Shown here in pieces: positions 17,445-26,575 of a stretch of DNA of 64,000 nt. Each line of letters begins with the position of its first letter. Positions within the stretch are counted from its first letter, which is position 1. The DNA comes from a virus (taxonomy: Duplodnaviria > Caudoviricetes). The position numbers and the translations under genes are program-made. Below the pieces are notes generated by a model. The model did not search any database and had not been told where the DNA came from. It worked only from the letters and a program-made list of their open reading frames with translations. The DNA is taken from IMG/VR virus record IMGVR_UViG_3300009678_000061, positions 5,364 to 69,363 of that record; one strand, given 5' to 3'.

Positions 17445-17627
17445 TTAGCGTGGCGGACTTGGACCGCGGAATCCGTTGATCGATCCGATGATGCACACGA
17501 CCCCGGCAACCAGTGCGGAGAAGCCCATCACGGGCTTACCCCAAACCACGTCGATGTTCGTCACGGAAAACAGGCCGAACAGGAACAGGAAAATCCCGAT
17601 CAGCAGCCATACCCAATTGGTGAACAT
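17445..17627 (-). CDS. Small two-TM membrane protein (holin candidate)
   Basis: Two hydrophobic segments in 60 aa; RBS GGGAG. Confidence 0.55.
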   Translation of the reverse strand: MFTNWVWLLIGIFLFLFGLFSVTNIDVVWGKPVMGFSALVAGVVCIIGSINGFRGPSPPR

Positions 17628-17649
17628 GATTTAGTCTCCCTTGTGCATA

Positions 17650-18092
17650 ATGTGGCCTTCCCTGCTGATTAAGGTTTTGCCCGCGTCTGTTGTCCGTGGC
17701 TGCTAGGCTGTGCGTAGCGTTGACTGGCTCTTAGTGACCGCCGGTTTTTATCGAAACATCAGTTGTGGACCCGGACGCAGACCACGTTGCCGCATCTACT
17801 AGCGACGCGTTGCCGGGGCAAACCCATTGCTGGGAACCACACGTTTCGAGCCTGTCATTCATCCTTCCGCCTCGCCCCGCACTGCTGCGGGACACTTTTC
17901 GGATTACGCTAACTGGCGAGTTTCTAAGCCAGTCCCTTTTCTATCCCGGCTTCTTTTGGTTCAGGGGAACAAGCCGGCCCAAAAACCTGCTGGACAACAG
18001 AACGGGTAAAACCTATACTTCGTTTAGGAATCCTGTTCTGCGTCCCTCGCACGGACACTCGATAGCACCCGCTTCACGGCGGGTGTTGTCGT
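17650..18092 (-). ncRNA. Candidate large structured non-coding RNA or leader (family not identified)
   Basis: Intergenic stretch of ~470 nt with nested helices and several GNRA loops; see findings. Confidence 0.6.
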
Positions 18093-18094
18093 TT

Positions 18095-18514
18095 CTACTC
18101 CCGATGATTTGATGCCACCTCCAGCACCGGCAAGCACACCTTGCACGGCACTTTCCCATCCGCGGCCGCTTCCTCATGGCTCGCGTACTCCCGGCGATGC
18201 GCCACGCTCGCGGCATAGCGGCAGTCGGCACGGTGATAAACGCCCTTGATCGATGAGGCGACGTAGGGATGATCGATAGTCGATGATGCACGGTGGATGG
18301 TCAACAGTCGATGATTGATGGTCGATGGTGCCGCTGCCCCCACACTCACCGCGCGCACGCACCGGCTCACGAAATAGATCGCGGCCCACACGACGAACGG
18401 CGACAGCACGATCAGCACGGCAATCGGAATCCAGTTGCGGACGGGCTTGATGACGACGTGGTGTGCCATTGCGGTGCGCTTCGGGTGCGGGGTGATCGGG
18501 GTTACGGGACTCAT
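18095..18514 (-). CDS. Membrane-anchored protein with Ada-like metal-binding domain
   Basis: TM segment, then YVASS..GVYHRADC...EEA..DG..PCKVC. Confidence 0.7.
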   Translation of the reverse strand: MSPVTPITPHPKRTAMAHHVVIKPVRNWIPIAVLIVLSPFVVWAAIYFVSRCVRAVSVGAAAPSTINHRLLTIHRASSTIDHPYVASSIKGVYHRADCRYAASVAHRREYASHEEAAADGKVPCKVCLPVLEVASNHRE

Positions 18515-18888
18515 TTCGTTGTTCGCTCGGGACTGTGGTTCCACTGCCCGATATTGAGATTACAACGCTGGCAAAGTAGGCCGCGGACGACCCCTGTAAT
18601 GGCATCGTGGTCGACGGCAAGTCTCTTGGCTCCTCCGCGAACATGGAGAGCCGTTTCTGTCTGCCCGCAAATTGCGCAAACGCCACCCTGCTTTCGATGC
18701 ATGGCCTCATACTGCTCTAGAGTGATGCCGTACTTCCTCTTGAGTAAGCCATCGCGCCTCTTTCGTCCATTCAGGCGGTTGTATTCGCACGATCTGGCGA
18801 TGACCTCCAGCCGATACGCTGGATCGGTGTGGTATCGCTCCGTTCTTCGATTGCGCCGCCTAGCCTCAACTTCTGGGTTGTAAGTCAT
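18511..18888 (-). CDS. Endonuclease VII-like protein, possibly degenerate
   Basis: KYGITLEQY...CAIC...VDHD..TG.VRGLLC..CN; DHDH is DHDA here and the C-terminus is short. Confidence 0.75.
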   Translation of the reverse strand: MTYNPEVEARRRNRRTERYHTDPAYRLEVIARSCEYNRLNGRKRRDGLLKRKYGITLEQYEAMHRKQGGVCAICGQTETALHVRGGAKRLAVDHDAITGVVRGLLCQRCNLNIGQWNHSPERTTK

Positions 18889-19457
18889 GCTGTAATATCC
18901 CTCTTCAGACCGAAATCTTTTTTCTTGATCTTTACCATCCGGCCGTCCGGGTGATGCCATACAATGCCTTCAACGTCGTGCGCAGCGAGATACTCGCGGA
19001 TGCCGTCGAAGTCACGCGGGCAATCCGGCAGTTGTGTAGCGTAGGCGTGCGACACCAGTAGGTGCCGACCGTATCCCTCTGCATTGCCTTGCACCTTCGG
19101 TCCGACAAGCTCGTAGGTGCCGTCGATTGGCACGGCGTTGTTGCAGGCGAATAGTTCCCATGCTTCCCGATGCCACTGATCTTCCGGCCCGTCGCCAACC
19201 GGCAGCCAGCCCTGTTGTTTTCCTGTCGTTTCATCCACGTCGTTCGCCGGCTCGAAGTTTGGCGGTGCCTTGCCTCCCGGCTTGACCTCATATCGCTTAA
19301 ACAACTTGCCCTCGCGGACAAGGCAGCACGTTCCGTCGAATTTGCGCGTCGCCACGCCTTCGCCGGCAATGACCCATTCCGCGCCGGGAACAACCTCATC
19401 CCGCACAAGGCGGTCGCCGTCGTAGTTTCTTTGGAATAACGAGATGATTTTTTTCAT
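18885..19457 (-). CDS. Putative RNA ligase (DUF5565 / RLIG1-like nucleotidyltransferase)
   Basis: EWV..GEGVATRKFDGTCC contains ligase motif I KxDG; TYELVGPK.QGN, EGIVWH and MVKIK resemble the later motifs. Confidence 0.7.
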   Translation of the reverse strand: MKKIISLFQRNYDGDRLVRDEVVPGAEWVIAGEGVATRKFDGTCCLVREGKLFKRYEVKPGGKAPPNFEPANDVDETTGKQQGWLPVGDGPEDQWHREAWELFACNNAVPIDGTYELVGPKVQGNAEGYGRHLLVSHAYATQLPDCPRDFDGIREYLAAHDVEGIVWHHPDGRMVKIKKKDFGLKRDITA

Positions 19458-19810
19458 TTGAACAACAGGTCAATGAGTTTCAGTCCAATCGACGACAGGA
19501 CAAAGCCTGCCGCCGCGATCACGGCTCGCCAGTACATGCGGTTGCGGTACTTCTCTTTCTCGTGGTCGGCTTCCAGCTTCTCGTGGCCCGCTTCCACTCG
19601 TTTCAGGTGCTCCTCAATGTCGTGAATCCTGCCGTTCGTCTCCGCCTCAAGTTTCTTGGCTGCCTTGCCCGGTGAATGTCCGTCCGCAACCCGGAACGGC
19701 TTGCCGCAGTTGACGCACGGCACGCGCGGCTCGCCTCGCGGGTAGTAAGCGCCTTTGGTCCCGCACAGCGGACACCAGAGGTTGACGCTGGAGTCGTGGG
19801 TGGTTGACAT
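19454..19810 (-). CDS. Zn-ribbon, coiled-coil and C-terminal TM protein
   Basis: CPLC..CVNC; hydrophobic tail. Confidence 0.55.
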   Translation of the reverse strand: MSTTHDSSVNLWCPLCGTKGAYYPRGEPRVPCVNCGKPFRVADGHSPGKAAKKLEAETNGRIHDIEEHLKRVEAGHEKLEADHEKEKYRNRMYWRAVIAAAGFVLSSIGLKLIDLLFK

Positions 19811-20118
19811 TCATTAGTTCGCCGTTCGTGTTTCTGTTCCTGCCACTGCTGGCACGACCGCCGCCTGTAGCGTGCCCGCGACTTGCGGGCGTAATCATGA
19901 TGCCGACTGTGCGGCGTTCGGGTTTCGTTGGTCGCTGTTGCTTCGGGGTTGGTTCGCTTGCGGGTTGCTGTTCTGGTTGCTCTGGTGGCGTGAACGGCGG
20001 CGGCTTTTTATCTTCCTCATCATGCTCTGCGCACGAATTCCAACTGGTCTCGTAGGTCCAACCAGTCCAGTTAGTCGTGTCGTCTGTTCCGGTCCACGGT
20101 GCCAATCATGTTCCTTTC

Positions 20119-20159
20119 AAAAACCCGCCGGTCCGAAGGGGTATTACGGTCCCGGCGGG
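20119..20159 (-). terminator. Intrinsic terminator-like hairpin
   Basis: CCCGCCGG/CCGGCGGG stem (20124-31 and 20152-59) followed by T5 on the minus strand. Confidence 0.55.
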
Positions 20160-20314
20160 CGCGCGAAGTCCGGGAAGTCCCTCCCGAAACTCTATCGATG
20201 TGTCTCCAGTGATTTGATTTTCTGCATTGTGTGATACAATGAAGCGGCCCGAACAGAACGCGCAAACGCTCTGCCGGGCCTAACCACTCCGCAACCTTCA
20301 CTGGAGGTCACGTC

Positions 20315-20989
20315 ATGGCTAAGCCAACTATTGCAACGCGCACCAGCCAAATCAAGGTTGGTCAGCAATTTGGGCGATGGACAGTTCTTTCCTGGGTGAG
20401 CGGATCCCCTTCTATGGCTATTTGGCTTTGTCTGTGTGATTGCGGAACAACTAAACCAGTTCGCGCTGCCGGACTCTCGAGGGGCACTAGCCGATCGTGC
20501 GGCTGCTTTGCAAAAGAGTTGCACGCGAAGAGGAATCATAAGCACGGGCTGTTCTACACTCCCGAGTATGATGTCTGGCACGCAATGAAGGGACGATGCT
20601 ACAGGCCCAAGCACAAGTGGTATCACCGCTACGGTGGACGTGGAATCAAAGTCTGCGACCGCTGGCTCAATTCGCCAGAAAACTTCGTTGCCGACATGGG
20701 CAAGCGCCCGTCGCCAGCGCATAAACTCGAACGCAAAGACAACGATGGCGACTACTGCCCAGAGAATTGCGTGTGGGCTACTCAGGAGCATCAGAACAAC
20801 AACCGTGGAGAGTACAACAGGATCCTTGAGTTCAATGGCGAGACACTGACGCTCTCTCAGTGGGCGCGCCGGGTTGGACTCCGAACGGGAACAATCAGCG
20901 AGCGCCTTCGGCATGGGTGGACCATTTCCGATGCACTGACTCGTCCGCTTCAATCGCGTCGTCGTCGTATTCATCTCGGAAGTTCCTGA
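20315..20989 (+). CDS. HNH homing-type endonuclease, antisense to the surrounding operon
   Basis: FGRWTV...WLC.CDCG...SCGC, W..MK.RCY, YGGRGIKVC.RW, DNDGDYCPENC.WAT. Confidence 0.88.
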   Translation: MAKPTIATRTSQIKVGQQFGRWTVLSWVSGSPSMAIWLCLCDCGTTKPVRAAGLSRGTSRSCGCFAKELHAKRNHKHGLFYTPEYDVWHAMKGRCYRPKHKWYHRYGGRGIKVCDRWLNSPENFVADMGKRPSPAHKLERKDNDGDYCPENCVWATQEHQNNNRGEYNRILEFNGETLTLSQWARRVGLRTGTISERLRHGWTISDALTRPLQSRRRRIHLGSS

Positions 20990-21231
20990 CAACTACAACA
21001 GCGGCAGCCACTCCCGCAACTGCACCGCTTCGGCGTGTGGATCACATCAGGCATCGCACGCACCAGTGCCGCCATTTCCCGCAACTGCCCTTGCCGCGTC
21101 GTGTCGCTGCCGTGTTGCTCACCGCCCAAGTACGCCGCAAAGCCAACGACGAGCAGCACCATCGCGGCGAGGATCGCTTCAGCGATTCGCCAATCGCGGG
21201 GCGCGGGCTCTGGTTTCTGGGTGAGCTTCAT
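20971..21231 (-). CDS. Small TM protein with Cys-rich tail
   Basis: Hydrophobic segment; CSCGSGCRCCSC. Confidence 0.5.
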   Translation of the reverse strand: MKLTQKPEPAPRDWRIAEAILAAMVLLVVGFAAYLGGEQHGSDTTRQGQLREMAALVRAMPDVIHTPKRCSCGSGCRCCSCQELPR

Positions 21232-21835
21232 GCAACCTCCGAATCAATCACAGACCGGCTTTCGGCCGACTCCAGCGCGTGACGCTCGGCAAGGGTCTCC
21301 GGCTCACCGCCGAATCCGCTGGGGCCAAATGGCTCGTTGTGTACGCGATCTTCCGTTTGCCGTCGCTCGTTCCAATCCGGCTGCCGGCCGTCAGTTCGCG
21401 CAGCATCGCGGACACGGCGGAAAGCATGTCAACTTCCGTGTCGGCTTCAATCGCGGCGGTTAGTTGGTGTGAGTGGTGCATTGACCCTCAGCATCCCGTG
21501 GGCATGTCTGCGTGTAGTACGCCGGGCCGGGCTACGGTCGAGATAAGAACGTGACCTTCTCGACAATGGCTCCGCCGTGACGCCCGCCGTATTCGACCTC
21601 GCCGTTCACAATCGTTACGTTGGTGCAAACCTCCATCTTGCCGATGAGTGCCCGCACGATTGCCCGCCGTAGCCATAGAAGCATTTTCATTAGGACCATT
21701 CCTTTCGCTGGTTAAGGTTAGAACTCCGGGCGGGATGCCATGCCCATCGGCGGCTGCGTGCCGTGCCCGGCGGATTGTTTCAAATGTCCCCCGCGGCGAA
21801 AGATTACTCCGCGGCTTTCGCCCCGCTCTCACGGC

Positions 21836-23198
21836 TCACGGCTGCACCTGGGGTTCTGACAATCGTTTCTTCAACGCCTCCAGCTCTTCCGGCGTGTACA
21901 GCGTGCCAATCTTGGCAAGGATCATGTCTCGCTTTTTTTGCTTCACCCATTTGAGTGCGGCCTCCGCGAGAATTTCATCGTCGCCAATCTCGTCAGCCAG
22001 CTTCAGGACCGCCGCCGGGAACTCAGGATGGCCCTGGCTCGGCCACAGGTCCGCCGGTACTGCCCCCTGCTCCCTGTTGAGGTCCGCTGCTAGTTCGGTC
22101 AAAAAGCTCATCGATCAACCCTTCGATAATCTTCGTGGACTTCTCCGGTGAACGCTGGCTGGCGTTCGTGAAAATCAACGCCGTGTTGAGTGCCGACAGT
22201 TTCGCGGTGACCAGTGCCTCTTTGTTCCGGCGGACGTGCTGCGTGCGAATGTGGTGACGCAGCATTTCAATCATCACTTCGTTGGCCATGCGTTACTCCG
22301 GCAAGTGGAATCCGCGGTCCTGCAAATCCTGCAATAAACTGCCGCCTTCCGGCGCCGCAATCTCCGGCGGCTCGGCGGGCTTGCGAAGTCCATTCAAGCC
22401 GTACCCGCCCGCCGCAGCCGCAGCGCCGCCAGCAGCCACAATCACCGCCTTGGCCCACGTCGGGATGCCGGTCGATTGTGGCTGCACCTTTGCCAGAACC
22501 TCTTTGGCAATCGCTTCCGGGTCGGCATCCTTGCCGTCCTTTCCGGGCGCTGCCCCATCGACCACGATTCGCAATTCGCTGTTCTCTTCAAACGGCAGAC
22601 CGTGACGCAAGCAGGCGTTTTGGCGAAACCACCGCACCAGGGAAACTCTCTCGTCGAGAATTTTCCCCACGCGCTGCACGATGCTTTCGCGTTGTGCGGT
22701 GGTCATGTAGGGTTTGCCAGAACGGCCCTGATTAAGTCATCGCTGTTGGAAGACTTGAGCGCCGCGGCGTTGGCAATCACTCGATCAGAATGCTTAAGGT
22801 GGTTATCCATTACGCGGTAGTTATTCTCCGCGTCGATGGCCGCCGCACGCTCGAACTGATCGAGCAACTTGTCAACGTCGTCGGGTTGTGCCGGACTGCT
22901 CACGAATCACTCCTTAGGCTTTGTCCTTTTCCGGGACGTGGATCGCCGTGCGGAGGGCACTCATGGTTGCGGGATCGTCGCTGGTCGAGCCGTGCTGCTG
23001 GATCAAGGTCGTGTTGACCACGCCCAAGCCCTGCACGAGGTTGCGGTCCACGGCGGCGGTCAAGCCGGCGGACGTGCGGGCGCCGACCATCATTTCGCCC
23101 TTCAACAAATCGCTCACTTCGGCGTCCAGTGCGTAGAACACGCGAACGCCGTAACCGAATCCCTCGCCATGCCCCATCGGGCCGATCTGCTTCAACAT
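21836..23198 (-). other. Cluster of five small hypothetical ORFs (21836-22111, 22023-22289, 22293-22706, 22703-22903, 22914-23198)
   Basis: Tightly packed ORFs with RBSs downstream of the protease gene; one carries a Gly/Ala-rich hydrophobic segment. Confidence 0.55.
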
Positions 23199-23203
23199 GC
23201 GAA

Positions 23204-24466
23204 CTACTCCTTGAAAAAAACCTCTTCACCCCGCGCGACGTGCGACAGAGCTTCGGAGACACTACGGGAACCTTGAATCACTTTGACGGGAACGCCGTCC
23301 TGATACGCCACGATCTGCGGCAGCGGCACGGAGAATTTCGGCGGGGCGGCAATGCGAATTCCAGAATAGGCTTGCTGGGCGCGGCTGATTTCATCCTTCA
23401 GACGGGACCACGTGGAGGCGGTCTGATCGGCCACGATTACAATGTGCCTGGCGGACTCGTTCGGCTTCACCGGCTCGCACTGGCACGCCTTGACCTTGGC
23501 GGCAACAGCGGCGGCAATCTCTTCAGCCGACGCCGATTTGCCCGGCGCTCCGGGTTCGCCTGGCGGGCCTGGCTCGCCCTTCGTCCCCGGCTCACCGGGC
23601 GTGATCGTGATAGCCAAGAGCTGCTTTTGCATCGCGTCCAGTTGGGCCTTAATGCTGACGATGGCCGCTGGGTCGCATTCGCAGGGGCGGGCTGGGGTGA
23701 CTGGCGCGATGGGTTGTGTCGGCTGGACGGGGCGCGGCGGCTGGGGCTGAACCGGGCGCGGCTGCACGGGCACAAGAGAACTCCCGCCGCCGTAATAGCG
23801 CGGCGGGATTGGGCAATAGCCGCCTTGGCACTGCGTTTCAAAATAACGCGAAGATGCCCAGAGCGCCGAAGCCGGTCGGCTGCACGAGTATCCAACAACA
23901 TGCTCGCCCGACGATAGGTAGCCTTCGCAGTCCGCGCCGTAATTGATGCCGCACAACTCTCCAGCGGCGTTGAATGCCCCGCCGCCGCTGTCGCCGGATT
24001 GAATCCGCAGTGTCGATTCCATGCGAATCTGGCCGTTGACCAGCGGGGCGAGCGCCTTGACGCGGCCGGTTGCGGATCGCAACGTGTTGTCTGGTCCCCA
24101 GCCGAAAAGCTGAATCGGCTCGCCGATCTTCGGGTCCGCCTCTGCCACGGGAACGAATGCCGGGAAGCCTGATTCGCAGTAGATAAAAGCCACGTCGGCT
24201 GCGGGGTCTCCATAGCACACTTGCCCCTTCAGCACCTTGCCGCCCTGCGCCCACATTTCGATATCTGCACCTTTTCGCGCATCGCCCACAACATGGCGGC
24301 ATGTTACGAGCCATTTGTCGCTAACCGCTGTCCCGCTTCCCATATTTGACACGTTGCCGCGCGGCCACTTTACGCAATAGCTCGATTCCAGCGGCGTCGC
24401 GGCGAACGCGCGGCCCAACAGCGAAATCAGAAAAAAGACGAAGCAAAAGAACTTGGCGGTTCGCAT
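23204..24466 (-). CDS. Secreted trypsin-like serine protease with Pro-rich and collagen-like linker
   Basis: Signal peptide; TCRHV (His), DPAADVA (Asp), GDSGG (Ser); GEPGTKGEPGPPGEPGAPG. Confidence 0.88.
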   Translation of the reverse strand: MRTAKFFCFVFFLISLLGRAFAATPLESSYCVKWPRGNVSNMGSGTAVSDKWLVTCRHVVGDARKGADIEMWAQGGKVLKGQVCYGDPAADVAFIYCESGFPAFVPVAEADPKIGEPIQLFGWGPDNTLRSATGRVKALAPLVNGQIRMESTLRIQSGDSGGGAFNAAGELCGINYGADCEGYLSSGEHVVGYSCSRPASALWASSRYFETQCQGGYCPIPPRYYGGGSSLVPVQPRPVQPQPPRPVQPTQPIAPVTPARPCECDPAAIVSIKAQLDAMQKQLLAITITPGEPGTKGEPGPPGEPGAPGKSASAEEIAAAVAAKVKACQCEPVKPNESARHIVIVADQTASTWSRLKDEISRAQQAYSGIRIAAPPKFSVPLPQIVAYQDGVPVKVIQGSRSVSEALSHVARGEEVFFKE

Positions 24467-24469
24467 GGC

Positions 24470-24847
24470 TTACCTCACAAAGACGTGCATATAGCGGCGG
24501 CCGTCGCGCCCCGTGGCCCACGCGGCCCCGCAGTATTTCCATCGCTCGTACATGCAGCACGATCCGAAGCCATCGCGCGGCCCCCATGCGGCACATCCGG
24601 CGGCACTGGCGCGGCTGCCTTGCGGCACGAACTGAAAATCATTCGCAGAATGCCCCTGGATTAGCCGCGCGGCACGGAACGCCGCGGCTTTGTCGGCGGC
24701 AACGGTCAACGCGGGATCTGGCAGGAACGCCGGCAGGCCACGCTTTGCACGGGCGGCGTTCACTTCGGCGAGGGCGGCTTCACCGGCGAACAGTGGCCCG
24801 GCGATGCCGACGATCAGCAGGGCAATGAGGGAGATTCGCTTCATCAT
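24470..24847 (-). CDS. Secreted CAP (SCP-like) domain protein
   Basis: Signal peptide; ALAEVNAARAKRGLPAF..DPAL..AA...GHS. Confidence 0.78.
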   Translation of the reverse strand: MMKRISLIALLIVGIAGPLFAGEAALAEVNAARAKRGLPAFLPDPALTVAADKAAAFRAARLIQGHSANDFQFVPQGSRASAAGCAAWGPRDGFGSCCMYERWKYCGAAWATGRDGRRYMHVFVR

Positions 24848-25058
24848 CGTTGCTCCAAAGCCTTTCGGCCTGGGCGTGGCACTCGTCGCACAAAACAAAA
24901 CGCTTAACCTGCCCGCCCGATGCCTCTTCCTTGTGGGCATAGCCCTCGCCCTGTCGGAGCGTTCGATTGCATTCGGGGTTGCCGCAGGTTGTTTCCGCAG
25001 ACAAGGTGCAAGATCACCGCCTTTCTGCTGGCCACTGGCCGGTTAAGTCCATAAACGC

Positions 25059-25104
25059 AAAAAGGCCGGCACTCCCCAGCCCTTGCGAGCGGGAAATGAC
25101 GGCC
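25059..25104 (-). terminator. Terminator-like hairpin with GCAA loop
   Basis: GGCCG/CGGCC closing stem, inner GCTC-GCAA-GGGC, then T5. Confidence 0.45.
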
Positions 25105-25141
25105 AGAAGCCAGTTCAAATTGTCAAAACGCTGGGGGTAGT

Positions 25142-25333
25142 CTACCCCGCTGGCTTGTTTTTTACAATCTTTCGTTTCCGCACGGGGATTGCGATAACCT
25201 CCGTTGGGTCAACAGGCTCGATCTTGAGCCTAACTTGTGCGGTCGTTCGCTGCTTATCCCTGATGCGCGTCACCTTGCACGCCGGCAGGTGAAACGGTGC
25301 ATCGACCTCGATTTCAGCCGGATAGACCAGCAT
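25142..25333 (-). CDS. Small hypothetical protein
   Basis: RBS GGAG and ATG; basic C-terminus. Confidence 0.5.
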   Translation of the reverse strand: MLVYPAEIEVDAPFHLPACKVTRIRDKQRTTAQVRLKIEPVDPTEVIAIPVRKRKIVKNKPAG

Positions 25334-25378
25334 TGTATTTGCTCCTGCGTTATTCCGTGGCCCGCGTGCTGCTGGCCT

Positions 25379-25639
25379 TCAATTTCCGCCACCGTTTCTG
25401 CTCGTGGCAAAACTCGACTTCCGATGCTGGTGGTCCGTCTGCACTTCCATCACGGTCAACACTTCCTCCACCACGCCGGCCCGCTTGCGCGCCTCTTGCG
25501 GCGTCCAGCCTGCTTGCAACGCCCGGCAATAGGCTTGGATCTCGTCCGGCGTCGGCGTGTACTTCTGCCCGGTGTCGATGCCTTGGCACTGCGGGCAGAC
25601 GGCGCTGATGCTGCGGCGGTTGCAGAAGCGGCAGATCAT
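25379..25639 (-). CDS. Zn-finger hypothetical protein
   Basis: CRFC...CPQC; ATGA overlap. Confidence 0.55.
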   Translation of the reverse strand: MICRFCNRRSISAVCPQCQGIDTGQKYTPTPDEIQAYCRALQAGWTPQEARKRAGVVEEVLTVMEVQTDHQHRKSSFATSRNGGGN

Positions 25640-25860
25640 TTCTCGACAACCTCTACTTTTCGATTCTGCAAAAGCGAACGTAGCAAGTGGTCGATCCACT
25701 GATCTCTCGGATACGACGCTTGCGCCTCCAGAATGAGCGCGGCAAAGAGCATTGCAATCGCCCGCTCCTTTGTTTCGGCGATGCCAACCGGCGGCGTGCC
25801 CGGCAAGTCCTTGCAGTCGGCTCGCCAGTAATCACGTGAATACTCAAGTTCGATTGTCAC
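25636..25860 (-). CDS. HicB-like antitoxin-fold protein
   Basis: YWRADCKDLPGTPPVGIAETKERAI resembles the HicB N-terminal domain; GTGA overlap. Confidence 0.6.
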   Translation of the reverse strand: MTIELEYSRDYWRADCKDLPGTPPVGIAETKERAIAMLFAALILEAQASYPRDQWIDHLLRSLLQNRKVEVVEK

Positions 25861-26186
25861 TTCGGCACCTCCGGCAGGGGCTTGGCGTGGGGGCAGTCGC
25901 TGTAATGGTCCGGCAGAAATTCGTCGCACGCTCGGCAGCGAGCATCACCGTTGACGACAAATGGTTCTGCATTCCGCACCGCCTCGCACTCTGCGCGAAG
26001 CTCGGCGGCGTAGGCGCGCAGCTTCTCGGCACGCTCCCGCTCGGCAGCCAACAGCGGCTCGATGTGCTTGAGGATGATGGCGGCAAGCCTCTCCGTGCGT
26101 TCGTCGAAATGGTGCGGCGAACCTGGCGGAAGGAATTGCTGTAGCTCCAGTGCAGCCGCGCGGGCCGCTTCGGCGGGTGTGGTCAT
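25857..26186 (-). CDS. Hypothetical protein
   Basis: Coupled ORF with C-terminal Cys/His motif. Confidence 0.55.
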   Translation of the reverse strand: MTTPAEAARAAALELQQFLPPGSPHHFDERTERLAAIILKHIEPLLAAERERAEKLRAYAAELRAECEAVRNAEPFVVNGDARCRACDEFLPDHYSDCPHAKPLPEVPK

Positions 26187-26575
26187 AGTTTCCTCGCTAG
26201 TCGATACAGCGTCCGCGTCCGAACAGCAACGCCACGCTCTTGCAACTTCCTGCCGTCCCGCCATTGCTCATAATGGGCGATCTCGTGGCAGAGCGTTTCG
26301 ACGGCCATTTCAATCGCCGGGCAATCGCTCCTGGTCTTGAGAATCGACTTGAGTTTTCGCATGTCTCCGGGAACCCAGATTGTTTGCAAACCAGCCTCGA
26401 ATGCACCAAAGGCAGCATCGCCATTGATGGTCAGTGTTGCTCGCGGATAGACGATCACCGTCAGGCTGTGCTTGATTTCTGTTACGCGAGCAAGTCGGCG
26501 CACGAAGTCATCGATGGCACGAGCGATTGCCGGCGACGCGCGACTATGCCTTAAAATCTTCGCCGCTTGGGTCAT
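26183..26575 (-). CDS. HExxH metallopeptidase-like protein
   Basis: TLCHEIAHYEQ. Confidence 0.65.
   Translation of the reverse strand: MTQAAKILRHSRASPAIARAIDDFVRRLARVTEIKHSLTVIVYPRATLTINGDAAFGAFEAGLQTIWVPGDMRKLKSILKTRSDCPAIEMAVETLCHEIAHYEQWRDGRKLQERGVAVRTRTLYRLARKL

Noticed and set aside
17650-18092. Group I or II intron, tmRNA, RNase P or SRP identity for the structured region
   Set aside because: No recognisable catalytic-core or terminal consensus (domain V, P7, tRNA-like ends, GAGGAAAGUCC), and it does not interrupt an ORF
25142-25333. Second CsrA paralogue (MLV...QVRL.IE)
   Set aside because: Lacks the R..GE, IG and AP...R.E motifs; similarity too weak
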